Of a DNA stretch of 64,000 nucleotides, positions 8,195-17,470 are shown in pieces. The position numbers and the translations under genes were made by a program. A model generated the notes under the pieces. It was not told the DNA's origin. It was given only the letters and a program-made list of their open reading frames with translations, and made no database searches. Position 1 is the stretch's first letter. The number at the start of each line of letters is the position of its first letter. This DNA comes from Candidatus Daviesbacteria bacterium RIFCSPLOWO2_01_FULL_39_23. GTDB taxonomy: Bacteria > Patescibacteriota > Microgenomatia > Daviesbacterales > UBA10151. The stretch is taken from positions 102,578 through 166,577 of the forward strand of contig MFDN01000015.1 of NCBI GenBank assembly GCA_001776935.1. The letters are read 5' to 3'.

Positions 8195-11100
8195 ATGCGA
8201 TCAAACTTAACTGAAACACAAAGCAATGTGCGTAAATATTTTAGCAAGCCTCCTGCTTCGCTTCCTCAGCTTAACTTAATTCAAATTCAACTTGACTCCT
8301 ATAACTGGTTTTTGGAAACCGGGATTAGGGAAGTCTTAGAAGAGATCTCCCCTGTTGAGGATTTCACAGGAAAAAATTGGACCCTAGAATTAGGGTCTTT
8401 TTATTTCGGCAAAGGCAAATATACTGCTGAGGAAGCCTCCAGCAAAGGGGTGACCTATGATGCGCCATTAAAAATCGAGGCGATTTTGACCAATAAACAA
8501 ACAGGTCAAAGATACAAACAGGATGTATTTTTAGGCGATATTCCCCAAATGACTGATAAAGGCACCTTTATCATAAATGGTGTAGAAAGAGTCATTATTA
8601 ATCAGTTGGTACGTTCGCCGGGAGTGTTTTTCCAGGCTTCTGATGATCCGATTACCGGCAGAAGATTATATTCTGCAGAAATCCGTCCATACCGTGGATC
8701 ATGGCTTGAATTCTCCGTTACGCGAGGCGGAGTTTTAACAGCAAAGATTGACAGAAGAAGAAAATTTGCTGCTACAACCTTACTTCGTGCTTTAGGGTTT
8801 TCCGATAATGAATCAATCCTGAAGCTTTTTGCAGATGTTGACACCGGAGCAGATAAATTTATCGATGCAACTTTAGCAAAAGACTCTACTGCCAATACTG
8901 ATGAAGCCTTGCTTGAAATTTTCAGAAAAATGCGCCCCGGGGATCCTGTTGTTTTGGAAAATGCCAAACAGCTTCTGGCTGGTATGTTTTTTAATTCAAG
9001 GCGCTACAATTTGATTAAGGTCGGAAGATATAAAATTAATAAAAGGTTAGGCTTAGATATACCCAACACTCCTGAAAACTGGATCTTAACCAAAGACGAT
9101 ATTATTGCTACCTTAAAATATCTTATTAAATTGTCTCATGGTGAAGGCAAGCTTGATGATATAGATCATCTTGCCAACAGGCGCGTGAGGTGTGCAGGGG
9201 AATTGGTACAGCAAAATGCATTCAGAATCGGAGTTTTAAGACTGGAACGCATCATTAAAGAAAGAATGAGTCTGACAGCAGCAGATCAGGAAGTTTCAGC
9301 AGGAGGACTTATAAATGCCAAACCGGTGATTGCCGCTATTAATGAATTCTTCAGGTCTTCTCAGCTTTCTTCTATTCTAGATCAGGTGAATCCTTTGTCT
9401 GAACTGGACCATTTAAGACGGCTTTCTGTTATGGGAACAGGTGGTATCACAAGAGACCGGGCTTCGTTTTCTGTTCGTGATATTAATCATTCTCAGTACG
9501 GAAGAATTGATCCTATCCGGTCTCCGGAAGGTCAAAATATTGGTTTGGTTACTTATCTTGCTTTGTATGCGCGTATAAATGAATATGGGTTTTTGGAGAC
9601 TCCGTATAAAAAAGTGGTGCTAAAAGGCGGTAAGCCGCAGGTTACTGATGAAATGATTTATTTTACAGCAGATGATGAGGAAGATTATCATATCACCGAG
9701 GCAACGGTTGCAGTTGATGATAAGGGTTTTATTTTAGATGAAAGGGTTCCAACCCGCTTCCGGGGAAGTTTTTTTGAAGGACCGGCAAAGGAAATTTCCT
9801 TAATTGATATCTCTCCGCAACAAATTTTTGGTACATCTGCCTCGCTTATTCCGTTTTTGGCAAATGATGATGCAAACAGGGCTCTGATGGGTACGCAAAT
9901 GCAGTGTCAGGCAGTTCCGCTGCTTAAGCCAACCGCGCCTATTGTCGGAACAGGGATGGAGGGGGTTGTTGGCGATAATATGGGAAGAGTTGTTCGGGCT
10001 GTGGATGATGGGGTAATAAAATATGCAGACGGCAAGAAAGTGATTTTAAAGACAGCACACCCCTCCTCCGGAGGTAAAGATACGGAATTAAAATATGAAA
10101 TCAAAAAATTCATCCATTCGCCGCAAGGGACTTGTTATTCCCAAAAAGCAGTAGTGACCGTAGATCAAAAAGTCAAAAAGGGAGATCTTTTAATTGATGG
10201 TGCAGCCTGCGATAACGGCGAGCTGGCGTTGGGTCAGAATTTGCTTATTGCTTATATGAGCTTTGAGGGTTTGGGGTATGAAGATGCTATTGTTATTTCA
10301 GACAGGCTGGTTAAAGATGATGTTTTAACTTCTATTCATATCGAAGAATATGAAGTGGATGTTGTTGAAACCAAGCTTGGACCGGAGGAATTAACCCGTG
10401 ATATTCCGAATGTGGCTGAAGATGCCCTGATTAATTTAGATGACGGCGGAATTGTCAGGATTGGAGCAGAAGTTGGGCCGAATGATATTTTAGTTGGCAA
10501 AGTACAGCCTAAGGGCGAAACTGAACTTACTGCAGAAGAAAGATTACTGCGCGCAATTTTTGGTGAAAAGGCTAAAGAAGTAAGAGATACATCCCTGCGG
10601 ATTCCTCATGGAGAAAGAGGTACTGTTATCGGGGTGCAAATTCTCGCGCGGGACGAAGGGGACGAATTGGATACCGGAACAATGATGAGGATTAAGGTTA
10701 AAGTGGCGCAAATGAGAAAAGTAACAGAAGGAGATAAGCTTGCAGGCCGCCACGGAAATAAGGGAGTTATCTCAAGAATCGTTCCGGCCTCAGACATGCC
10801 GCATCTTGAAGATGGGACACCGATTGATATAATTATTTCTCCTCTGTCAGTTCTTTCCAGGATGAATTTGGGACAGCTTTTGGAAACCCATTGGGGACAC
10901 GTGGCGAAGAGTTTGGGTTATAAAATAGCTGCACCTGTTTTTGAAAAGATTCCGGAAGAAAAAATGATTGAGGAGTTTAGAAGGGCAGGATTGCCTGTTG
11001 AAGGCAAAATGAAGCTTTTTGACGGAAGAACAGGTCAGCCGTTTGAGAATACCATTGTAGTAGGCAGGAATTACATCCTTAAGCTTATTCATATGGTTGA

Positions 11101-11593
11101 GGAAAAGATTCATGCGCGTTCTACAGGTCCTTACTCATTGGTTACTCAACAGCCATTGGGAGGAAAAGCCCAAATGGGAGGACAGCGGTTGGGAGAAATG
11201 GAAGTTTGGGCATTGGAAGCATATGGAGCAGCGCATATTTTACAAGAGTTATTAACTATTAAATCTGATGATGTGGTTGGCCGGGCAAAAGCTTTTGAGG
11301 CGATCGTTAAAGGGATTGAGATCCCTCAGGCTTTGATTCCTGAATCATTTAAGGTGTTGGTTAAAGAGTTGCAGGCTTTATCTATCTCTGTAGAAACACT
11401 TGGCGCAAAAATGGTGCAAAAAGCCTTGGAAAGTGAAGAAGGCAAAGTAATTGAGGAAGTAACCCAGCTTCAGGAAGTTTTAGAGATGAAACCTACTGCC
11501 GATAAGGGCGAATTAGAGGCTGAAAATAGTCCGTTTGAGGTGTTGGAAGCAAGCGCTCAAGAAGAGAAGGAAAAGGAGGAAAATAACGAGTAA
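8195..11593 (+). CDS. rpoB: DNA-directed RNA polymerase subunit beta
   Basis: 1132-aa ORF with canonical RpoB blocks, including GEMEVWALEAYGAAHILQELLTIKSDD and NRRVRCAGELVQ. Confidence 0.97.
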   Translation: MRSNLTETQSNVRKYFSKPPASLPQLNLIQIQLDSYNWFLETGIREVLEEISPVEDFTGKNWTLELGSFYFGKGKYTAEEASSKGVTYDAPLKIEAILTNKQTGQRYKQDVFLGDIPQMTDKGTFIINGVERVIINQLVRSPGVFFQASDDPITGRRLYSAEIRPYRGSWLEFSVTRGGVLTAKIDRRRKFAATTLLRALGFSDNESILKLFADVDTGADKFIDATLAKDSTANTDEALLEIFRKMRPGDPVVLENAKQLLAGMFFNSRRYNLIKVGRYKINKRLGLDIPNTPENWILTKDDIIATLKYLIKLSHGEGKLDDIDHLANRRVRCAGELVQQNAFRIGVLRLERIIKERMSLTAADQEVSAGGLINAKPVIAAINEFFRSSQLSSILDQVNPLSELDHLRRLSVMGTGGITRDRASFSVRDINHSQYGRIDPIRSPEGQNIGLVTYLALYARINEYGFLETPYKKVVLKGGKPQVTDEMIYFTADDEEDYHITEATVAVDDKGFILDERVPTRFRGSFFEGPAKEISLIDISPQQIFGTSASLIPFLANDDANRALMGTQMQCQAVPLLKPTAPIVGTGMEGVVGDNMGRVVRAVDDGVIKYADGKKVILKTAHPSSGGKDTELKYEIKKFIHSPQGTCYSQKAVVTVDQKVKKGDLLIDGAACDNGELALGQNLLIAYMSFEGLGYEDAIVISDRLVKDDVLTSIHIEEYEVDVVETKLGPEELTRDIPNVAEDALINLDDGGIVRIGAEVGPNDILVGKVQPKGETELTAEERLLRAIFGEKAKEVRDTSLRIPHGERGTVIGVQILARDEGDELDTGTMMRIKVKVAQMRKVTEGDKLAGRHGNKGVISRIVPASDMPHLEDGTPIDIIISPLSVLSRMNLGQLLETHWGHVAKSLGYKIAAPVFEKIPEEKMIEEFRRAGLPVEGKMKLFDGRTGQPFENTIVVGRNYILKLIHMVEEKIHARSTGPYSLVTQQPLGGKAQMGGQRLGEMEVWALEAYGAAHILQELLTIKSDDVVGRAKAFEAIVKGIEIPQALIPESFKVLVKELQALSISVETLGAKMVQKALESEEGKVIEEVTQLQEVLEMKPTADKGELEAENSPFEVLEASAQEEKEKEENNE

Positions 11594-11611
11594 AATACTC
11601 GTAGCGAAATT

Positions 11612-14600
11612 ATGAACGATTTACTGGATTTTGAAAGTCTAAGATTAACAGTTGCATCTCCTGAACAGATCCGCAGCTGGTCTTTCGGAGAAGTGACCAA
11701 ACCGGAAACTATAAATTATAGAACCTTAAAAGCAGAAAAAGACGGGCTTTTTTCTGAGAATATTTTTGGTCCCACTAAAGATTATGAATGTTACTGTGGT
11801 AAATATAAAAGAATTAGGTTTAGAGGAGTAATCTGCGACAAATGCGGAGTTGAAGTCACTCAAAGCAAGGTAAGAAGAGAAAGAATGGGTCATATTAACC
11901 TTGCCTCTCCTGTTGCACACTCATGGTTTATTAAAGGTGCGCCTTCCAAACTATCATTAATACTTGATGTTTCGCCTAAGAACTTAGAGGCAGTAATCTA
12001 TTTTGCTTCATACCTTGTAATAAGTGTTGATTCTGCCGGAAAAACTGCTGCTTTGGAGAAATTGGAAAAAGATTTGGAAAGTAAAGTTAAGCTTTCAAAA
12101 GAAGCTCTGGAAGGGAATATCGCAACTTTGGAAAATAATTTGAAGAAAGATTTTGTTTCTTTAAGGAAAAAACTGGAAAAAGAGAAATTTGAACTTGAAG
12201 TAGAAGAGCAGGAACTAAAAGGAAGAGCGGAAATACAAAAACTAAGAGATGCGCATGTTGCCGAAGTCGGCACCCTGGAGGGAATATTTAAGGCGATAGC
12301 GGATTTGGTTAAAAGTGTTACTCCGCTGAGACTTTTGTCAGAAGAGGAATATTCAAAACTTTTTGAATATGGAGTTTCAGATTTTGTAACTATTGGTATG
12401 GGCGCTGAAGCTCTTTTGGCAGTTTTAGAAAAGCTGGATTTAGACAAGCTTTCTGCTCAATTGCGGGATGAAGTAAGAAAATCTTCAGGACAAAAGCATA
12501 TCAAAGCCACAAAAAGACTGCGGGTGATCGAGGGGATGCGTTCATCCGGGATATCCTCTTCCTGGTTGATACTTCGGGTATTGCCTGTTTTGCCTCCGGA
12601 TCTACGGCCTATGGTACAGCTTCCGGGAGGAAGATTTGCAACCTCTGATTTAAATGATCTTTACAGAAGAGTAATCAACAGAAATAATCGTTTAAACAGG
12701 CTTATAAATTTAGGCGCTCCGGAAATAATTTTAAGAAATGAAAAAAGAATGCTTCAGGAAGCAGTGGATAGCTTAATTGATGCCTCGTCCCGCACCTCCA
12801 GACGGGGCGGACCGGCTGTTACGCACGTGCTCAGATCGCTTTCTGATATGTTGAGAGGAAAACAGGGAAGATTCAGGCAGAACCTTTTGGGTAAAAGAGT
12901 TGATTATTCAGGAAGATCAGTTATTGTGGTTGGACCAAAACTTAAACTGGATCAGGTCGGATTGCCAAAAGAAATGGCCCTTGAGATGTTTAAACCCTTT
13001 GTGCTTCGCGAAGTGATCGCCCGGGGATTGGCGTCTAATGTTAAGGGTGCGAAAAATGTTTTGGAAGCAAGACCTTCTGAGGTGTGGGATATCCTGGAAG
13101 AAATTATTACCGGGCACCCTATTTTGATCAACCGTGCTCCGACTTTGCACCGTTTGGGTATTCAGGCATTTTTCCCGGTGTTGGTTGATGGTAATGCGAT
13201 TGCTATACATCCTTGTATTTGCGCCGGGTTTAATGCTGATTTTGACGGGGATCAGATGGCTGTTCATGTACCCCTGTCAACCAAAGCTCAGGAAGAAGCT
13301 AAAGACTTAATGATGGCAAGGAATAATATCTTTGGTCCGGCTAATGCTCAGCCAATTACTGTTCCAAATAGGGAAATGGCACTCGGATGTTATTACATTA
13401 CCGTAATTGAAGAAGGGGGAAAAGAAGAAGAATTGCCTTTTTTTGATGCTAAGGAAGACGCAATAAGAGCCTATTCCCTGGGTAAAATCCGTGTCCAGCA
13501 AAAGATTAAAGTTAGATTAAGCAGGGAAGAAACCCTTGAAACATCTGTGGGAAGAATCCTTTTTAATCAGGTTTTGCCCGAGAGTATGCAGTTTATAAAT
13601 TCGGTTATTAAAGGGTTTACGATCCGTGACATAATCCTGCGGGCAATGGAGACTTTAGGCAGAGAACAGGTGACAGATCTCATTGACAGCATTAAAACTA
13701 TCGGTTTCTGGGGAGCAACAATTGCAGGTATTTCAATTGCCATCTTTGATGCTAAGGTTGTGCCGGATAAAAAGAAATATTTGGAAAAGGCCGGAGAAGA
13801 GATTGAAAAAATAGAGGCTAATACTAAAAAGGGCCTGATTACTGCTCAGGAGAAATCTCAGCTTTGTCAGATGGTTTGGATTAAAACAACAGAAGAGTTG
13901 GCAAATGCCACTTGGGAATATTTAGGTTCGAAAAACCCCATCAGGATGATGGTGGAAGCCGGAGCCCGGGGTTCCAGAGATCAGGCAAAACAGCTTTCTG
14001 CCATGCGTGGTTTATCCACTGATCCAACAGGTAAAATTGTGGAACTGCCGACTAAATCCAATTACAGAGAAGGATTATCCGTGTTTGAATACTTCACCTC
14101 AGCCAGGGGAGCCAGGAAAGGCGTTGCAGACAAAGCCTTAAAAACAGCTGACGCAGGATATTTAACCAGAAGACTTGTTGATGTAGCACATGATGTAATT
14201 ATCAGGATGGAAGATTGCGGTACATCCGAATGTTTAGAGTATGAGCTTACTAAAAATAGTTTTAATACGGCAAGGGAAAAGCTGTTGGGAAAAGTAGCTG
14301 CTGATAATGTTTTAGAGCCTAAAAGCAGGAAAGTGATTATCAAAAAGGGTGCTGTGTTTATAGAAGATGCAGTCACTGCAATCTTAAAAGCAGGAGTGAT
14401 AAAAGTATCTACACGTTCCCCCTTAACTTGTGAAGCGCGTTACGGCATCTGCAGCACTTGTTATGGTTTTGATCTTACCACCAGAGAAATGGTTAAAATT
14501 GGTACACCTGTGGGAGTGGTGGCTGCTCAGGCAATCGGAGAACCGGGAACCCAGTTGACAATGCGTACTTTCCATACCGGAGGAATTGTGGGACTTGATA

Positions 14601-15307
14601 TTACCCAAGGATTGCCAAGAGTGGAGGAGCTTTTTGAGGCAAGAACTCCTAAAGTAGCATCTCCGATGTCAGAGGTTGCCGGTAAAGTTTCGATTTTAGA
14701 AACTGATATGGGAATTAGAGTTAGAGTGAAAACTACTCAAAAGCCGCACGAAGAGAGGGAATACATTATTCCGGCCACTGCTACGCTTTTGGTGGAAGAA
14801 GGTCAACTTATTGATGCAGGAACGGTTTTGGCATCAGGGCATGTAGATGTAAAAGAGACTCTGCGAATTCAGGGGCTTCGAGCAGCTCAGCGTTATATTG
14901 TTGATGAGGTAAGGACAGTATATGAATCTCAGGGAGTGCCTATTAACGAGAAGCATTTTGAAGTAATTGTCAGGAAAATGTCGGATAAAGTCAGGATTGA
15001 ATCTCAGGGAGATACAAATCTTCTGCCAGGCGAGATCATTGACAGGATCCGGTTTGAAGAAGAAAATAAACGGGTTTTGGCAGGCGGCGGTGAACCTGCA
15101 ACAGCTGAGGTTGTAATTTTGGGAATCACAAGGGCAAGCTTGCAGACTGAAAGTTTCCTGTCTGCTGCTTCATTCCAGGAAACAACATCAATACTTTCAG
15201 ATGCTGCTATCTCCGGCAAAGAGGATAAGCTGATAGGACTTAAAGAAAATGTTATAATTGGCCGGCTTATTCCTACAAGTGTAGAAAGAGCAAAGATAGA
15301 AGGATAA
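11612..15307 (+). CDS. rpoC: DNA-directed RNA polymerase subunit beta' with a lineage-specific coiled-coil insertion
   Basis: Zn finger [19 protein letters not shown]. Catalytic [18 protein letters not shown]-terminal clamp. A coiled-coil insert at about aa 130-290. Confidence 0.97.
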   Translation: MNDLLDFESLRLTVASPEQIRSWSFGEVTKPETINYRTLKAEKDGLFSENIFGPTKDYECYCGKYKRIRFRGVICDKCGVEVTQSKVRRERMGHINLASPVAHSWFIKGAPSKLSLILDVSPKNLEAVIYFASYLVISVDSAGKTAALEKLEKDLESKVKLSKEALEGNIATLENNLKKDFVSLRKKLEKEKFELEVEEQELKGRAEIQKLRDAHVAEVGTLEGIFKAIADLVKSVTPLRLLSEEEYSKLFEYGVSDFVTIGMGAEALLAVLEKLDLDKLSAQLRDEVRKSSGQKHIKATKRLRVIEGMRSSGISSSWLILRVLPVLPPDLRPMVQLPGGRFATSDLNDLYRRVINRNNRLNRLINLGAPEIILRNEKRMLQEAVDSLIDASSRTSRRGGPAVTHVLRSLSDMLRGKQGRFRQNLLGKRVDYSGRSVIVVGPKLKLDQVGLPKEMALEMFKPFVLREVIARGLASNVKGAKNVLEARPSEVWDILEEIITGHPILINRAPTLHRLGIQAFFPVLVDGNAIAIHPCICAGFNADFDGDQMAVHVPLSTKAQEEAKDLMMARNNIFGPANAQPITVPNREMALGCYYITVIEEGGKEEELPFFDAKEDAIRAYSLGKIRVQQKIKVRLSREETLETSVGRILFNQVLPESMQFINSVIKGFTIRDIILRAMETLGREQVTDLIDSIKTIGFWGATIAGISIAIFDAKVVPDKKKYLEKAGEEIEKIEANTKKGLITAQEKSQLCQMVWIKTTEELANATWEYLGSKNPIRMMVEAGARGSRDQAKQLSAMRGLSTDPTGKIVELPTKSNYREGLSVFEYFTSARGARKGVADKALKTADAGYLTRRLVDVAHDVIIRMEDCGTSECLEYELTKNSFNTAREKLLGKVAADNVLEPKSRKVIIKKGAVFIEDAVTAILKAGVIKVSTRSPLTCEARYGICSTCYGFDLTTREMVKIGTPVGVVAAQAIGEPGTQLTMRTFHTGGIVGLDITQGLPRVEELFEARTPKVASPMSEVAGKVSILETDMGIRVRVKTTQKPHEEREYIIPATATLLVEEGQLIDAGTVLASGHVDVKETLRIQGLRAAQRYIVDEVRTVYESQGVPINEKHFEVIVRKMSDKVRIESQGDTNLLPGEIIDRIRFEEENKRVLAGGGEPATAEVVILGITRASLQTESFLSAASFQETTSILSDAAISGKEDKLIGLKENVIIGRLIPTSVERAKIEG

Positions 15308-15311
15308 ATAT

Positions 15312-15782
15312 ATGCCGACAATTAATCAATTGGTGCGAAAAGGCAGACACAAGATTACCAAAAAGATCAAAGCTACAGCTTTGCGCCGCGGTTTTAATGC
15401 CAAAGACAGAAGGTATACCCAAGATTTTAATCCGCAAAAGCGGGGAGTGGTTACTTTGGTGAAAACTATGACTCCAAAAAAACCAAATTCCGCACTTAGA
15501 AAAGTAGCCAGAGTCAGGCTTTCCAACAGAACTGAAGTAACGGCCTATATTCAAGGCGAGGGTCACTCTCTAGCAGAGCACGGAATAGTATTGGTGCGGG
15601 GTGGAAGGGTTAAAGATTTGCCCGGAGTTAAGTATCATTTAGTCAGGGGAAAATATGATTTAGCAGGAGTAGTTAACAGAAAACAAGGCAGATCAAGATA
15701 TGGTACCAAAAGAGGCGGAGGCGGTCCTGCTCCGAAAGCAGCAGCAAAACCGCAAGCAGCACCGGTTGGAGGAGGAGCATGA
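15312..15782 (+). CDS. rpsL: 30S ribosomal protein S12 with a Gly/Ala/Pro-rich C-terminal extension
   Basis: [12 protein letters not shown] with a conserved core, plus about 30 extra C-terminal residues [22 protein letters not shown]. Confidence 0.95.
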   Translation: MPTINQLVRKGRHKITKKIKATALRRGFNAKDRRYTQDFNPQKRGVVTLVKTMTPKKPNSALRKVARVRLSNRTEVTAYIQGEGHSLAEHGIVLVRGGRVKDLPGVKYHLVRGKYDLAGVVNRKQGRSRYGTKRGGGGPAPKAAAKPQAAPVGGGA

Positions 15783-16255
15783 GAAGTAAAAAAGCACCAA
15801 AAAATCTTTTATCTCCTGATCCAATTTTTGGATCAAGACTGCTTACCCGTTTTATAAATAAAGTAATGGAAGATGGGAAGAAATCCATTGCTCAAAAATT
15901 GGTTTATCAGGCATTGGAAGAAATAAAAGAACAGTCCAAAGAGGAGCCTTTGGTTGTGTTCGAAAAAGCTATTAATAACGTTGCGCCAAAAATGGAAGTT
16001 AGACCCCGCCGCGTTGGGGGAGCTTCATATCAGGTTCCTGTTGAAGTAAGGGGAGACAGAAAAGAAGCCTTAGCGATCAGATGGATTCTTGCAGGCGCCA
16101 GATCCAAGTCTAATAGCCAGTATCATTCGTTTGCTAAAAAGCTGGCGGCAGAACTTATGGATGCAGCCAATAACGCCGGTATTGCCATCAAGAAAAAAGA
16201 AGATGTGCAAAAAGCAGCTGCAGCCAATAGGGCCTTCTCTCACTTCCGCTGGTAA
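15779..16255 (+). CDS. rpsG: 30S ribosomal protein S7
   Basis: Canonical S7 sequence. Overlaps the rpsL stop. Confidence 0.95.
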   Translation: MRSKKAPKNLLSPDPIFGSRLLTRFINKVMEDGKKSIAQKLVYQALEEIKEQSKEEPLVVFEKAINNVAPKMEVRPRRVGGASYQVPVEVRGDRKEALAIRWILAGARSKSNSQYHSFAKKLAAELMDAANNAGIAIKKKEDVQKAAAANRAFSHFRW

Positions 16256-16270
16256 CCATCTCTTTTCCCT

Positions 16271-16371
16271 GTCATCCTGAGGCGATTGGCCGAAGGATCT
16301 CTGAACTTGTTTCAGTTGCATTAATGTAGCTTATATTCATAAGAGATTCTTCAGCTTTGCTTCAGAATGAC
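16271..16371. repeat. nested-palindromic repeat element, copy B, running from GTCATCCTGAGG through GAAGGATCTCTGAACTTGTTTCAG and AGAGATTCTTCAG to CTTCAGAATGAC
   Basis: Same architecture as copies A and E. Lies immediately 3' of rpsG and abuts the GIY-YIG gene. Confidence 0.8.
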
Positions 16372-16373
16372 AA

Positions 16374-16667
16374 TTAGGGGTTAGATAGATCTTTGAATTC
16401 AGGATTAATTGTTTTTATTAAGTCCATTTTCTTTCTTCTTGTCCAGCCTTTAATTTTCTTCTCTGCCGCTATTGCCTCATTAATAGCTGAAAACTCCTGA
16501 TAATAGATTAATTTATTTAACTTATATTTGGATGTAAAAGAAGATATGGCTTTGAATGAGTGCTCAGAAATTCTTCTTTCCAGATTATTTGTTACTCCAA
16601 CATATAAGTTGCTTGATTTGTTAGTCAGGATATATACAAAATAGAAGATGACTAAATTGTATCTCAA
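16374..16667 (-). CDS. GIY-YIG nuclease family protein (UPF0213/YhbQ-like, 97 aa)
   Basis: VYILTNKSSNLYVGVTNNLERRISEH matches GIY-(10)-YIG with catalytic Arg and Glu. Confidence 0.85.
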   Translation of the reverse strand: MRYNLVIFYFVYILTNKSSNLYVGVTNNLERRISEHSFKAISSFTSKYKLNKLIYYQEFSAINEAIAAEKKIKGWTRRKKMDLIKTINPEFKDLSNP

Positions 16668-16674
16668 ATGAATT

Positions 16675-16711
16675 GAGAGATCCTTCGTCGACTCTGTCTC
16701 CTCAGGATGAC
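16675..16711. repeat. half-copy (C) of the palindromic element: AGAGATCCTTCG...CTCAGGATGAC
   Basis: Matches the right-half pattern of copies A, B and E. It forms the right terminal inverted repeat of the GIY-YIG cassette. Confidence 0.7.
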
Positions 16712-17086
16712 AAAAAATAGTTAAAGCATCTTAAATGGCAGCCGGAATGGAAATATCTGTTGAAGTGGTATGGTAATATATAATAACTATGGCTGAAAGA
16801 GATATTGGGAAAGGGCCGTTAGAGAGGATAATAGGGAAAGATCTTGGTGGGTTTGATGTTCCAGATAAATTAGAGTCGGCTTGCAGGATGGATTCATCTG
16901 AGTTGGAAATTTTAGCAGGAGCGCAGCGCCTGCCTGATCCCGCTGATAGTCCGGATTTAACACTAACTTCCAGGCAAATTGCACATAAAAGAACCAGAAA
17001 TGCTGTGCCACCTTTGAGATTAGTGCCATATTGGCGCCATTAATTGATTTGACTTTTAGGATCGAAGAAGTATAATATTGACAGTT

Positions 17087-17114
17087 GCCTCCCGGAGAAT
17101 GAGGGAGGCTTTTT
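17087..17114 (+). terminator. Rho-independent terminator-like hairpin GCCTCCC-ggagaatga-GGGAGGC followed by a T5 run
   Basis: 7-bp GC-rich stem followed by TTTTT. It closes the unexplained 16713-17077 segment. Confidence 0.6.
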
Positions 17115-17122
17115 GGATAAAT

Positions 17123-17350
17123 ATGGATGATAAATTAAGACAAGAAAAATTAAAGATGTGGAAGGCTAATTTAGCTGATCTGGAAGAGCAGTTAAAAATT
17201 ATTGCGCAAAAAAAAGGCGCTGCTGCTGCAGAGGGAGATTTATCTGAAAATGCGGCTTATTCTATGGCTATTGAAGATGCAGAGACAACCAGAGTAAGAA
17301 TTGGGGAAGTGAAAAAGATAATAAGGGATTTAGAGAAAGGAAGCAAATAA
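17123..17350 (+). CDS. stand-alone GreA/GreB N-terminal coiled-coil domain protein (about 75 aa) with no C-terminal FKBP-like domain
   Basis: EGDLSENAAYSMAIEDAETTRVRIGEVKKII matches the Gre-factor coiled-coil tip motif GDLKENAEY. The ORF track's earlier start at 17078 would run through the terminator hairpin. Confidence 0.6.
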   Translation: MDDKLRQEKLKMWKANLADLEEQLKIIAQKKGAAAAEGDLSENAAYSMAIEDAETTRVRIGEVKKIIRDLEKGSK

Positions 17351-17470
17351 TTTTCAAGAATCAATTCTCAATTTTCAATCAAATCTCAATGTGACAATTT
17401 TCAAACATTGAAAATTAAGCAATTGAAAATTCATTGTAAATTGTAAACTGAAAATTGTAAATTTCTTATT

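Larger units (their letters stand above)
16271..16711. mobile_element. candidate GIY-YIG cassette bounded by perfect 11-bp terminal inverted repeats GTCATCCTGAG / CTCAGGATGAC. It comprises repeat B, the GIY-YIG gene and half-repeat C
   Basis: 16271-16281 is the exact reverse complement of 16701-16711. The 441-bp unit lies inside the normally contiguous rpsG-fusA junction. No target-site duplication was checked. Confidence 0.45.

Noticed and set aside
8602-15566. Numerous 60-150-aa antisense ORFs inside rpoB, rpoC, rpsL and other conserved genes
   Set aside because: They are embedded in, and antisense to, highly conserved genes and are low-complexity. These are typical spurious ORFs in an AT-rich genome.
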